From NCBI GenBank assembly GCA_045802645.1, contig JBJMQQ010000033.1, forward strand, positions 1-63,716: a DNA stretch of 63,716 nt. Direction: 5' to 3'. How positions within the stretch are numbered: the stretch's first letter is position 1; each line of letters opens with the position of its first letter. The notes beneath the pieces are model-generated. The model searched no databases and was not told the origin of the DNA. It saw only the letters and a list, made by a program, of their open reading frames with translations. The stretch is from Polyangia bacterium (GTDB lineage: Bacteria > Myxococcota_A > Polyangia > Fen-1088). Below are positions 19,985-31,148 of the stretch, piece after piece. Both the position numbers and the translations under genes were made by a program.

Positions 19985-21012
19985 TCACTTGCTCCGCCGC
20001 CGCGAGGCGTTCTTCTCGAAGACCCGATCGACGATGACGGCGGCCAGGATGACCCCGCCCGCGACGACGTTCTGCCATAGCGACTTGCCGACCAGGTTCA
20101 CGGCGTTGAAGGTGACCTGCATGATGCCGGCGCCGATGAGAACGCCGAAGACCGAGCCGCGCCCACCCAGCAGCGAGCAGCCGCCGAGAACGGCCGCCGC
20201 GACGGCGTGCAGCTCGTACGCGGAGCCGAGCGACGGCGTCGCGCTGGGCAGATACGCGACGTACAGGATCCCGGCGACCCCGGACAGACCAGCGCTGGCC
20301 ACGAAGGTCACGAGACGGACCCACTGCACGGGGACACCGGACAGGCGGGCGGCCTCGGCGTTCGAACCGATCGCGTAGCAATACCGGCCGAAGAGGGTCC
20401 GGTGCATCAGGAACGCCGTGATCGCGATGGCCGCCAGCGCGAACCAGAACGGCATCGGCATGCCGAGCCCCACCCCCTCTCCCAGGAATCGGAAGCGGGG
20501 GAACTGGCCCTGGAACCCGATGTCGGTGCCGCCGGTCAGGACCTCGGCGACCCCACGTAAGAGCAGCATCGAGCCCAGCGTCACGACGAAGGGCTGCACG
20601 CCCAGCCAGGTGATGACGAGCCCCTGCGCGACACCGACCAGCAGCGACAGCGCGATGGCGGCCGACACGGCAGCGCCGATGCCGAAGCCGGCGTACATCG
20701 TGAGGTAGCTGGTCGTGACGGCCGAGATGCAGATGATCGAGCCGACCGACAGGTCGATGCCGCCCGCGATGATGACCACCGCCTCGCCCAGCGCGAACAG
20801 CGAGATCAGGGAGATGTGCCGGATCGTGTTGCGCAGGTTGTCCGGGCTGAGAAACACCGGGTTCAGCAGCGCAGTGAGACCGGCCAGGCCGATCAGCACC
20901 GCCAGCATCGTGAGCTCTTTCTTCATCCGCGACAGTCGCGTCGCGGACGCGAACGTCGCAACGGGTCGGGCGGCTGGCTCGGCGGGAATTTGAACGTCGC
21001 TCATGTTGGCGC

Positions 21013-21016
<4 letters not shown>
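19985..21016 (-). CDS. Sugar ABC transporter permease (RbsC/MglC-like)
   Basis: About 10 predicted TM helices. [18 protein letters not shown] motif typical of ribose/galactose-type permeases. ATGA overlap with the ATPase gene. Confidence 0.85.
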
Positions 21017-22422
<1,406 letters not shown>

Positions 22423-22447
22423 CGGTGAGGTCCTGCCCGGTCGTCGA

Positions 22448-23449
22448 CTACTTCTTGAGCTCGCGCAGCTCGTTCCAGAACTGGTCCAGGTTCTTCTTGT
22501 CGACGACCAGAATCCCGGTGTCGACGAAGGGCGGCAGCGTCTTGCCGTCGCGCAGCTCCTTCAACGCCTTGACGGACTGATAGCCAAACTGGAAGGGGCG
22601 CTGCACGACCGTCGCACTGATGAGCCCGTCGCGGACGGCCTTCAGCGTCTCTTCTTCCTCGTCGAAGACGACCAGGATCGGCTTGTCCTTGCGGCTGGAG
22701 GCACGCACGGCGTCCGCCATGCACGGCCCGTTGTACGACCAGATTCCCATCCCGAGCACGAGGTCCGGGTAGCGGGCCAGCGCGTCCTCGACGTTCTTCT
22801 TGGCCAGCGCGCGGTCGGCGTGGTCCAGGAAGACGGGGAGAATCTCGATGCCCGGCACCTTCCCGAGCGTGGCGTCGATGCCCTGCTTGCGCTCGATCGC
22901 GTTCTGCATGTCCATGCGACCGACGAACAGCGCGACCTTGCCCTTCGTGATACCGGCGGCCTTCAGCGCCGCGGCGGCGGTGTTGCCTGCCACCTTGCCG
23001 GCCTCGACGTTGTTCGTGCCGACGTAGACCTTGCGGGCCGACTTGGGCGCATCCGAGTCGGTGGTCACCAGCGGCATCTTGGCGGCGACGCGCGCGAAGA
23101 GGTCGGTCATCGCGTCGGGGTTGATGGGGCTGATGACGACGCCGTCGAAGCCCTGGACCAGGATGTCCTCCAGGAAGCGCTGTTGGTCGGCGACCTCACC
23201 CTTGAGCGGGCGGAACATCTCGACCTTCACCCCCAGCTCCTTCTCGGCCTTGCGCAACCCCTTCTCGCCGATGTTCCAGAAGTCGGACGAGTTGTTCGTC
23301 ACGAAAGCGAAGTGATAGCTGCCGGCAGGCGCCGCGCCCGCCCCTGCCTCGGGCGCCTTCTTGTTGCAGCCGACGGTGGCAGCCATGAGGCCGAAGACCA
23401 GCGCGCCGACCAGCCGCCGTGAATTCGTCCTGGAAACGAGAAATGCCAT
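22448..23449 (-). CDS. Periplasmic sugar-binding lipoprotein of the ABC transporter
   Basis: Lipobox MAATVGC, then a periplasmic-binding-protein type I pattern (FAFVTNNSSDFWNIGEKGLRKAEKELGVKVE...). Internal ATG at 23449 chosen. Confidence 0.8.
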   Translation of the reverse strand: MAFLVSRTNSRRLVGALVFGLMAATVGCNKKAPEAGAGAAPAGSYHFAFVTNNSSDFWNIGEKGLRKAEKELGVKVEMFRPLKGEVADQQRFLEDILVQGFDGVVISPINPDAMTDLFARVAAKMPLVTTDSDAPKSARKVYVGTNNVEAGKVAGNTAAAALKAAGITKGKVALFVGRMDMQNAIERKQGIDATLGKVPGIEILPVFLDHADRALAKKNVEDALARYPDLVLGMGIWSYNGPCMADAVRASSRKDKPILVVFDEEEETLKAVRDGLISATVVQRPFQFGYQSVKALKELRDGKTLPPFVDTGILVVDKKNLDQFWNELRELKK

Positions 23450-23487
23450 GCAGTGCTCCTTTGAGGGCGGCGAGAAGGTGGCCCGCG

Positions 23488-24534
23488 CTATTCCGTGGTG
23501 AAACGGTGAACCGTCAACTGCTGGTAGGGCTTGCCTGGGCGAACGATCACCTGGTCGCGCCACGCGGGAACGTTGATCGCATTCGGGAAGGCCTGGGTTT
23601 CCAGGCACAACCCGCTGTGCTGGGCGTACAGCTTGCCGCCTTTACCGCGGACGGAGCCGTCGAGATAGTTGCCCGAATAGAACTGGACCCCTGGCTGGTC
23701 GGACTCGACGGTGAGCACGCGCCCCGTCTTCGGATCCGCTAGCCGAGCCACAGGGCGCAGCGCGTGGGGATCTCCGTCGACGATGAAGTTGTGGTCGTAC
23801 CCGATCGGGTCACCGCCGGCGCCGCGCAGATCGCGTCCGATGGGCTTCGGTGCGGTGAAGTCGAACGCTGTCCCGGCAACCGCCGCGACCTCGCCCGTGG
23901 GCACCAGCGGATCGCCGGGTGTGTAGGCGTCCGCGAACAGCGTCAGCTGGTGATCGGTGATGAGCCCGGCGTCGTGGCCACTCAGATTCCAGTAACTGTG
24001 GTGCGCCAGGTTCACCAGCGTGACCGCGTCGGTGGTCGCGCGCATCGCGATCCGCAGCTCGTTTTTCCAGGTCAGCGTGTAGAGGCAGCTCACGGTGACC
24101 GTGCCGGGGTAGCCCTCTTCGCCGTCGCGCGAGGTGTAAACCAGCCGCAGCGTCGGCCCCTCGGCGGTGTCCATCGCCTCGGCGCTCCAGACCACCTTGT
24201 CCCAGCCCTTCACTCCGCCGTGAAGGTGATGCGCGCCGTTGTTGGCGGCGAGCGCGAACCGGCGGCCTTCCAGCTCGAACGTGGCGTTCCGGATCCGGTT
24301 GGCCACCCGACCGACGGTGCTCCCGAAGTAGGAGCTGCCGGTCAGGTACCCATTCAGATCGTCGAACCCCAGAACGATGTCGGCCAGCTTGCCGTCGCGG
24401 TCCGGCGCCTCGAGGCCAACCAGCGTGGCCCCGTAGGTCGCCACCTTGGCAACCAAATCGTTGCCATTGCTGAGCGCATACAGGTCGACGTTCTTCCCGT
24501 CAGCCTTTCCAAACGACGTCTTGGTGATGGTCAT
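23488..24534 (-). CDS. galM: Aldose 1-epimerase (galactose mutarotase)
   Basis: FGSTVGRVANRI, NNGAHHLHGG, and the C-terminal YQQLTVHRF pattern of the mutarotase family. Confidence 0.85.
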   Translation of the reverse strand: MTITKTSFGKADGKNVDLYALSNGNDLVAKVATYGATLVGLEAPDRDGKLADIVLGFDDLNGYLTGSSYFGSTVGRVANRIRNATFELEGRRFALAANNGAHHLHGGVKGWDKVVWSAEAMDTAEGPTLRLVYTSRDGEEGYPGTVTVSCLYTLTWKNELRIAMRATTDAVTLVNLAHHSYWNLSGHDAGLITDHQLTLFADAYTPGDPLVPTGEVAAVAGTAFDFTAPKPIGRDLRGAGGDPIGYDHNFIVDGDPHALRPVARLADPKTGRVLTVESDQPGVQFYSGNYLDGSVRGKGGKLYAQHSGLCLETQAFPNAINVPAWRDQVIVRPGKPYQQLTVHRFTTE

Positions 24535-24564
24535 CGGGTAAAACGTCCGCGAACCGCCGGCCCA

Positions 24565-25890
24565 TTACCAGGTGAGGGTCAGACCGGCGTTGTACGTGTT
24601 CACGACCTGCTTGTCGCCCAGCCACCAGTTCGCGTCGGCGCGGAAGTAGTCGACGTCTGCGTGGAGGTTCTCGGTGATGTGATAGACGACGCTGGCGTTG
24701 ATCCCCATCTGGTACTTGAGGACGCTGATCGCCTGCATACCGGTCATCGCATTGATGTACTGGGGGTCGACGTCGCCAGGGACCTCGTGAACCCGCGTCT
24801 CGCCCCAGCCCGCCCCGAGGTCGACGTGCCCCAGCACGACCTGAATCTGCGCGTAGATGCCGTCGAACTTGCGCATCTGCTGCGTGTGCGCCTGTTCGAA
24901 GATCGCTTCGCTTCCGTCGAAGGCGTAGTTGATCCCGAGCCCCTGCCCGTAATGCCCGGCCACGCCAAGGTGGAAGAGCCCAATCTCGAGCCGCCCGCCA
25001 CCGCCCACGCCATAGACGTCGGTGCTCAGGTTCCCGCTGCTGGAGTAAATCTTCTGCCACGCGCCGTTCACAAACAGGTGAAGCAGAACCAGCTGCCCGA
25101 TCGACGCGTCGAACGTCAGCTCAGCCTCAGGCCGGCCGTACTTCGTGCGGCCCCAGTAGAGCCCCACGAACGTGCTCGGATCGTAGTATCCGGCGGTCAG
25201 CTGCAACCCATGAAACGAAGGCGTCGCGTAGACGATGCCCGCCGAAAAGCCCGCGCCCAGGACTCCGTAGCCGATCTGGCCACCAGCGGGTCCCTCTTCC
25301 GAAAATCCTGCTGGGTTTCCGACGCCGTACCGGTGGCCGTACAAGAAGTCGATCTCGGTCGCGCCGCGCGAGAAGAGGTCCAGCGCTCGGCCGACCAAGA
25401 GAGAGCCTCCCGGGCCGGATATCTGCAGGTACCCTTCCCGCGCGTCCGGGCGCTCGGGAAGGTACTTGCGCTGGCTGTTCGTCTCGACGTTCGCCCAAAT
25501 CGAGATGTACCCCTTGAGCGTCGTGTTCTCGGTCAGCTTGCGACGGAGCCCAAACGCCAAGATGTTCCCCAAAAAGCCGCTTCGTACGCGGGAGGAATTG
25601 ATGGAGCCGTTCCCCAGAACACCGTTCGGGAGCGTAACGAAATCTCCAGCGATGCCCAGCCCACCGTCGCCCACGCTATGAAGCGTTGCGCCGGTGGAAT
25701 GGTCGAAGCCATCGGGAAAACCGTCACCCTGAACACTCTCGAAGAACGCACCGAGCCGACCCTCTGTATAGAAATCCCAACCGCCGTCCGTCTTGGAGAG
25801 CGTGATCTCAGCCCTGGCGCTGCGGCCGATGAGCACGCAACCCGCAAACGCCAAGGCCAGGGAGATCTGTAGTCGAGACCGCCGAATCAC
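24565..25890 (-). CDS. Outer-membrane beta-barrel porin-like protein
   Basis: Signal peptide (SLALAFAGCVLIGRSARA), alternating amphipathic beta-strand pattern throughout, and an aromatic C-terminus (...AGLTLTW). The GTG at 25890 overlaps the upstream stop (GTGA). Confidence 0.6.
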   Translation of the reverse strand: MIRRSRLQISLALAFAGCVLIGRSARAEITLSKTDGGWDFYTEGRLGAFFESVQGDGFPDGFDHSTGATLHSVGDGGLGIAGDFVTLPNGVLGNGSINSSRVRSGFLGNILAFGLRRKLTENTTLKGYISIWANVETNSQRKYLPERPDAREGYLQISGPGGSLLVGRALDLFSRGATEIDFLYGHRYGVGNPAGFSEEGPAGGQIGYGVLGAGFSAGIVYATPSFHGLQLTAGYYDPSTFVGLYWGRTKYGRPEAELTFDASIGQLVLLHLFVNGAWQKIYSSSGNLSTDVYGVGGGGRLEIGLFHLGVAGHYGQGLGINYAFDGSEAIFEQAHTQQMRKFDGIYAQIQVVLGHVDLGAGWGETRVHEVPGDVDPQYINAMTGMQAISVLKYQMGINASVVYHITENLHADVDYFRADANWWLGDKQVVNTYNAGLTLTW

Positions 25891-26978
25891 GGCGCGGCCG
25901 CCAGGGCGGTAACGTCGATGTAAACCCACTGACCGAACTGCGACCCCGTTCCGCTGGTGTACGGCTGCATGAACGTGGTCGGAGCTGCCGGAGTGGTTCC
26001 GGTCAACGGAACCGAGTAATGCATCGTGCAGACGTTGCCCGCGTTCTGTGCCTTGGTGCCGCAGTTCATGACCTGCGTGCAGTTCGAGTCGAAGGTCGTG
26101 AAGACGACCTTGCCGCCGCCGTAGACCTTGACGGTCGCCGAGTACGAGATCGGGAACGTGAGGTGCTGCGTGTTCCCGCTCGTGTGCGGGTTCTCGTTGT
26201 TGTCGACCGAGTTCAGGAAGTACACGTCCGGTTGCATACCGGTGCCTGCCGGAAATACGTCCATCTCATAGGTGTTGTAGTCGTAACCATTGCCGTTCGC
26301 GGGCTGCTGCGCCCCTCCCGAGAGGAACAGGTTCATGTCCGTCAGGATCGACGTGTTATTTCCGGCCGCGCGAGTTCCACCGACGTAGTTGTAGGGCTCG
26401 ACGACGCCATAGACGTGGAACGTCATGTTGTACGTTTTCCCAGCGGTCCCGGAGATGTCGAACGACTTCGTCCAGGTGGCCGCATTGTTCGTGCACGGGC
26501 CGATATTCGGGCAGTCGTATCCGTCGTTGCTGGCCCTCGCGCAAGCGTGCAGCATCAATGCGCCGTCGAGGCCTCCGACGACAGTCGCCGGATCGATTGT
26601 GCCACCCCCTCCCCCGACGTTCGAGCCGCCCGTCCCCGTCGAACCGCCGACGTTCGAGCCGCCCGTCCCCGTGGCGCGTCCTCCCACGCCCGTCGTACCA
26701 CCGCCGCCACCGGTGCCCGTAGAGCCGCCGCTGCCCACGCCACCCGACCCGCTCTCGATTCCGCCGGTGCCGGTCGAACCGCCGGTGCTGGTCCCGCCCG
26801 CGCCCGTCGAACCGCCGCTATTCGCCCCGCCCGATCCCGTGGGCGAGGTGCCGCCCGTGTTGGCACCACCGCTACCGTTCGAGCCGCCTTCGCCCGTCGT
26901 CACAGTCGGTGGAGTGTTGCTGCAGGCTGCCGCCGTCAACAGTAAGGCGGTCGTCGATGCGAGAAGGATAGATTTCAT
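25887..26978 (-). CDS. Lipoprotein with a Gly/Ser/Thr linker and a C-terminal domain (about 230 aa) of unrecognised family
   Basis: MKSILLASTTALLLTAAAC lipobox and a roughly 110-aa GGS/TGG linker containing a 30-nt direct repeat. A Cys-containing beta-rich domain follows. Good GC3 codon bias. Confidence 0.6.
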   Translation of the reverse strand: MKSILLASTTALLLTAAACSNTPPTVTTGEGGSNGSGGANTGGTSPTGSGGANSGGSTGAGGTSTGGSTGTGGIESGSGGVGSGGSTGTGGGGGTTGVGGRATGTGGSNVGGSTGTGGSNVGGGGGTIDPATVVGGLDGALMLHACARASNDGYDCPNIGPCTNNAATWTKSFDISGTAGKTYNMTFHVYGVVEPYNYVGGTRAAGNNTSILTDMNLFLSGGAQQPANGNGYDYNTYEMDVFPAGTGMQPDVYFLNSVDNNENPHTSGNTQHLTFPISYSATVKVYGGGKVVFTTFDSNCTQVMNCGTKAQNAGNVCTMHYSVPLTGTTPAAPTTFMQPYTSGTGSQFGQWVYIDVTALAAAP

Positions 26979-27203
26979 CAGGGGGCCCTCCGGTGAATTC
27001 CTACTGTCTCTTGACGTAAGTTTTTGACCAAGAGACGGCGGTTGGTCTGGGACACTACCAGTGCGTGCGCACTAAGTAAACAGATCTTACTAAGTGTCAG
27101 TCTACCGCGTTCAGGGGCCTCTCGCGGACGAATCCGATGCCGCGATTTGAGGCCATATACGCGAAAAGAATGCCGGCGTGCGCCAGGGCGAAGGACGGCA
27201 GTT

Positions 27204-28385
27204 TCACGGGCAGGTGATCGGCGCGGTGGATGGAATGAAGGTGGGCAGCATGCTGTTCGCCGACATGAGGACGCCGTCGTGCGCGGTATGTCCCGAAGTC
27301 GTCACCGAGTCGTGCGCCGTAGTTCCACTGGTCTCATCGAACTTCAGGTAGAGGACCAATCCGGGCTCATTTCCAGCCAGCGTTTTGTGCATCGTGGCCG
27401 TGATCTCTGCCGCAGTGTGAGCGACCTTCCACACCCGGAACTCGTCGAAATAGCCGTTGAAGTAGTTGTTGTCCTGCTCGTATCCGCCGATGGCGATCGC
27501 CGACCGGTCCGTGTTCAGTGCCGTCGTACCGGAATCTCCCATCTTCGTGATCTTTTCGACGCCGTTGACGAAGGTTCGAACAGCCGTGCCGTCCCACGTC
27601 ATCGCGAAGTGTACCCACTGATTGGAGGACGTCGTCAGCCCACTCGGTTGATCGTCGTCGTCGAACCCGCCGTTCGTGTACGGGTCGAGGGTGGCGTGAT
27701 TCCCGTTCACGGCATTCGTACCAAAGTCGAGGCCGAATCCGTGAGCGGCTCCGTTCGTGGGGCGCGTGGTGCTCCCGTAGAAGTACATCGTATTTGCGTT
27801 TCCGACCCAGCTCGTCGACGGCACGTAAGCCCAGTACTCGATCGTTCGCGGGCTGTTCCCGATCGGCAAATCAGCGCTGTTCGCCCCGAAGTCGACATCG
27901 ACGCGCGCTGCGGCCGCATCGCTGGTTCCGGTCCCGGAGCCGTTCTTCGCGAGTGACAGCGCGTACCCCGCAGAGCAGGTCCCTCCGCCGACGCCAGTCG
28001 ATCCAGCGCCGCCTCCCGAACCTCCAGCCCCGGCGCCTCCGGCGCCGTGCCCACCGATTCCGGTCGCAACGCTTCCCGCCGTCCCACCAGCGCCCGTCGA
28101 TCCTCCGGCCCCCGTAACGCCGCCGGTGGCAGGTACGCCCCCGGTCCCCTGGGTACCGCCAGTACCCGTGCTGCCCCCGGTCGAGGTCGAGCCACCGGTC
28201 GAAGTCGAGCCTCCGGTCGAGGTCGACCCGCCACTTCCCGTCGCGTGCGAGCCGCCCGATCCGGGCGAGCCGCCGGTACCCGAGCCGCTACTGCCGCTCG
28301 AACAGCCGACCGTAATGACGCTGCTAAGCAGCATCAGGGACAGTGCAGACCCAAAGGTCACAAAACGGGGGCGGTTAGTAACCAT
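27204..28385 (-). CDS. Lipoprotein with a concanavalin-A-like lectin / LamG domain
   Basis: Lipobox VITVGC and a (GGSTST)n linker. C-terminal pattern WVHFAMTWDGTAVRTFVNG...IGGYEQDNNYFNGYFDEFRVWKVAHTAAEI is typical of Laminin_G_3 domains. Confidence 0.65.
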   Translation of the reverse strand: MVTNRPRFVTFGSALSLMLLSSVITVGCSSGSSGSGTGGSPGSGGSHATGSGGSTSTGGSTSTGGSTSTGGSTGTGGTQGTGGVPATGGVTGAGGSTGAGGTAGSVATGIGGHGAGGAGAGGSGGGAGSTGVGGGTCSAGYALSLAKNGSGTGTSDAAAARVDVDFGANSADLPIGNSPRTIEYWAYVPSTSWVGNANTMYFYGSTTRPTNGAAHGFGLDFGTNAVNGNHATLDPYTNGGFDDDDQPSGLTTSSNQWVHFAMTWDGTAVRTFVNGVEKITKMGDSGTTALNTDRSAIAIGGYEQDNNYFNGYFDEFRVWKVAHTAAEITATMHKTLAGNEPGLVLYLKFDETSGTTAHDSVTTSGHTAHDGVLMSANSMLPTFIPSTAPITCP

Positions 28386-28448
28386 AGTTAATGAACTACC
28401 ACGAAGCAGTACCCCTGGGAATAGGTCCATTCTGACGAAAAATGGTGC

Positions 28449-28477
28449 ACCGCCGCAGATGCCAGCTTAGCGGCGGT
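28449..28477 (-). terminator. Possible intrinsic terminator after the RCC1 gene
   Basis: 8-bp perfect stem accgccgc / gcggcggt with a 13-nt loop. On the minus strand it is followed 6 nt later by UUUUU. A weak candidate. Confidence 0.3.
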
Positions 28478-28554
28478 CGCAAGCGGTCAGGGAAGAGGAC
28501 CACCCCGTCGAGGGAGCTGCGCCCTTGCGAGACGGATGATTTGGATCGGCCTCA

Positions 28555-30951
28555 CTACCAGCTGAGGACCTGCACTGGGATGGAACTCTGGTTCGTCGTT
28601 CCGTCTCCAAGCTGGCCGTACCCGTTGAGCCCCCAGCACCATACGGCCCCGCTGTTTACGACGGCGCAAGTATGTCCGGTGCCAGCTGAGATCGCGATAG
28701 CTGCTGCGGGTAGCCCCACGACGGACACCGGAACGAAGCTATCAGCTGAATGGTCGTCCGCAGACACTCCATTTCCAAGCTCACCCCACAGGTTGTTCCC
28801 CCAACACTGGACAGCCCCATCGCCATCAAGGGCGCATGCTTGGGCCGGAACATCACCACCGATCGAGACGCCTGTGGCTAGGCCGTTCCCGGACACCTTA
28901 CCGGGTACCGCCGATTGTGGAAGCGTTTGGTTATTGCCGCCTCGGCCCAGGGTCCCAGAGGCATTGTCGCCCCAACAATAAACGGCGCCGCCTGTCTCTA
29001 CTAGACAAGCCGCATAGTATCCGGCAGCAATGGCGGCAATCGACGGAGTGCCCGTTACCGTAACCAGCTGCGGCACCGAGAAATCTCCAGTGTCCGTACC
29101 ATTGCCGAGATCGCCGAAGGCAGGGTTTCCCCAACAATAGACCTTGCCCCCGGCAACCGCGCAGGCGGCGAAATACCCGACAGCAACCTTGGTTGCCGAA
29201 ACCAACCCGCTTACTCGAACAGCCATCGGAACACCGGTGGTCGAGACCATACCGTCACCCAGCTGCCCGGAAGAATTGTCGCCCCAACAATAGACGGCCC
29301 CTCCGCTGATGGCGCAAGCGTTCTGAGTGCCTACTGCGATCGCAGTCGCTGCAGCGGGCGCAGGAAGGCCCTGAACCGGAACGGGCGTTGGGGAGGATGC
29401 GAACGTCCCGTTGCCCAACTGGCCCGCATAGTTGACGCCCCAGCACACCACGGTTGCGTCGCTGAGCAAGGCGCAGGAACTCCCCCCACCGGACGACACT
29501 GCAACCGCTGCCTTCGAGAGCTGTACGAGTTCCGGGGCCTTGGCAGTCACGATGTCGCCCCAACAGAACACCTTTCCATCGGACCGGAGCGCGCAGGTAT
29601 GATTCGAGCCAGCTGCGATCGCTTTCGCGCCCAGGTGACACTTGCCCGACTGGCAGAAGTAACCGGATTCACAGTCACTGTCGCGCCCGCAGTTCGACTT
29701 ACACGCGTTGGCGGAGCAGACGAGGTTGCCTGCGCAAGTCTGCGCCGCAGGGGTGACGCACGAGCCGCTCGAGCAGGTGCCCGCGGCGGTCACTGCTGTT
29801 GCGCTGCTGCAGGTTGCGCTGCCGCAGGCGCTGGTCGGGAAAGTGCAGGTTCCGTTCGAGCCGCAGCTGCCGGCGCAGGTGCCGGTGCCGGCGCAGGCGG
29901 CGTGGTTGCTGTGCGGGGTGGCGCCGGCGGAGAGGTTCGTGCAGGTGCCCTGGTGGCCGGCGATGTCGCAGGCGACGCACGAGCCGGTGCAGGCGGTGTC
30001 GCAGCAGACGCCGTCCGGCGAACACGTCGTGCCGGAGACGCAACCGCCTCCGGCGGTGGTGCAGGTCTGGCCCTGCTTGCTCTTGCATGCGCCCGCGGCG
30101 TCGCACGTTCCGGCGCAACGGCCGTTCGGATCGTCCGCGCTCTTTGCGGCGACACAGCTGTGCGTCGTCGTGTCGCACTTCATGCACGTCCCCGAGCAGT
30201 CGCTGTTGCTGCAACAGGCGGTCATGGGGATACAAGCTGTCGTCGACCCCGTCGTGCACGATTTGGTCGACCCCGTGCATGAGTAGTTACACGCGTGCGT
30301 GGTCGTATCGCAGGTACCGGTCTGGCCCCCCGCGTTCGTCGGGCAGTCCGCGTTCACGCAGCAGCCCGTTGAGGCAATGCAGATACTCGCCGCCTGGCAC
30401 TTCTTCGGCGTGGCACCGCCGCAGGTGAAATCGCACGTCGCCGCGGTGCAGGTCGGCGTTCCGCCGGGCGGCGCCGTGCAAGGGTCGCATCGCGTGCCGC
30501 ACGTCTGAACTGAAGTGTTGTCCACGCACGCACTCGAGCACACGTGTTGAGTCGAAGAGCAGCTCAGGCCGCCGCCCGCCGCGCCGGAAGTCCCACCGGT
30601 GACGACCATTCCACCAGCTCCCGCGATGCCACCCGCCCCGCCACGTCCGCCTGCGCCCAAGCCGCCCGTGGCTCCGCCGCCTGCCCCCGAACCGCCGCCG
30701 GTACCGCCCGTTCCAGCCCCGCCGCCGCCGGCGCCCTGCCCGTCGCCACCGTGCCCGCCGGTAACCCCGCCTCCGGTTCCGCCAGCCGCGCCACCGTGGC
30801 CTCCCGCGCCGCCGCCTTTCGCGGACGAGTTTCCTGCTCCGCCACCGCCACCTCCCGCTCCGGCGTCGACATCGTAAACAGTCCGCGTCGGACAGCCGCC
30901 GAGAATCAGAGGAAGGAACAGGAGAGTCCAGGCAAGTTTCGTCGCGTGCAT
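28555..30951 (-). CDS. Secreted lipoprotein: Gly-rich linker, Cys-rich module (about 300 aa), RCC1-repeat beta-propeller
   Basis: Lipobox LILGGC. About 70 Cys in CxxxC / CC-rich repeats. The C-terminus has repeated RCC1 signatures (VFCWGD, VVCWGVNYAGQLGNG, VYCWGDNSSGQLGDG, VYCWGNPAFGDLGNG, VYCWGDNASGTLG, VQCWGNNLWGELGNG, VWCWGLNGYGQLGDG). Confidence 0.8.
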   Translation of the reverse strand: MHATKLAWTLLFLPLILGGCPTRTVYDVDAGAGGGGGGAGNSSAKGGGAGGHGGAAGGTGGGVTGGHGGDGQGAGGGGAGTGGTGGGSGAGGGATGGLGAGGRGGAGGIAGAGGMVVTGGTSGAAGGGLSCSSTQHVCSSACVDNTSVQTCGTRCDPCTAPPGGTPTCTAATCDFTCGGATPKKCQAASICIASTGCCVNADCPTNAGGQTGTCDTTTHACNYSCTGSTKSCTTGSTTACIPMTACCSNSDCSGTCMKCDTTTHSCVAAKSADDPNGRCAGTCDAAGACKSKQGQTCTTAGGGCVSGTTCSPDGVCCDTACTGSCVACDIAGHQGTCTNLSAGATPHSNHAACAGTGTCAGSCGSNGTCTFPTSACGSATCSSATAVTAAGTCSSGSCVTPAAQTCAGNLVCSANACKSNCGRDSDCESGYFCQSGKCHLGAKAIAAGSNHTCALRSDGKVFCWGDIVTAKAPELVQLSKAAVAVSSGGGSSCALLSDATVVCWGVNYAGQLGNGTFASSPTPVPVQGLPAPAAATAIAVGTQNACAISGGAVYCWGDNSSGQLGDGMVSTTGVPMAVRVSGLVSATKVAVGYFAACAVAGGKVYCWGNPAFGDLGNGTDTGDFSVPQLVTVTGTPSIAAIAAGYYAACLVETGGAVYCWGDNASGTLGRGGNNQTLPQSAVPGKVSGNGLATGVSIGGDVPAQACALDGDGAVQCWGNNLWGELGNGVSADDHSADSFVPVSVVGLPAAAIAISAGTGHTCAVVNSGAVWCWGLNGYGQLGDGTTNQSSIPVQVLSW

Positions 30952-31148
30952 ATCAACCTCTTCGGCCGCGAACATAGGTTGTTGCGCAATATCTGCCTAG
31001 AACGGATCTGCATCAGAGCGCGACCCCGTCAGCGCGCTTACTCGGAAGCGCGCAAAGATCGTCAATCGCCTACGGCCGAGCTCGAATGAAACAACAGCGA
31101 CGCTCGACGTTCAGTTGTAGTGAGACTGCGTGCTCACCGTTCGTCCGG

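Noticed and set aside
31032-31053. Perfect 8-bp palindrome gcgcgctt-N6-aagcgcgc downstream of the ROK gene, as a terminator or ROK operator
   Set aside because: There is no U-tract on the minus strand. It is GC-rich and short, unlike the AT-rich sites of about 23 bp known for NagC/Mlc-type ROK repressors. The evidence is insufficient.
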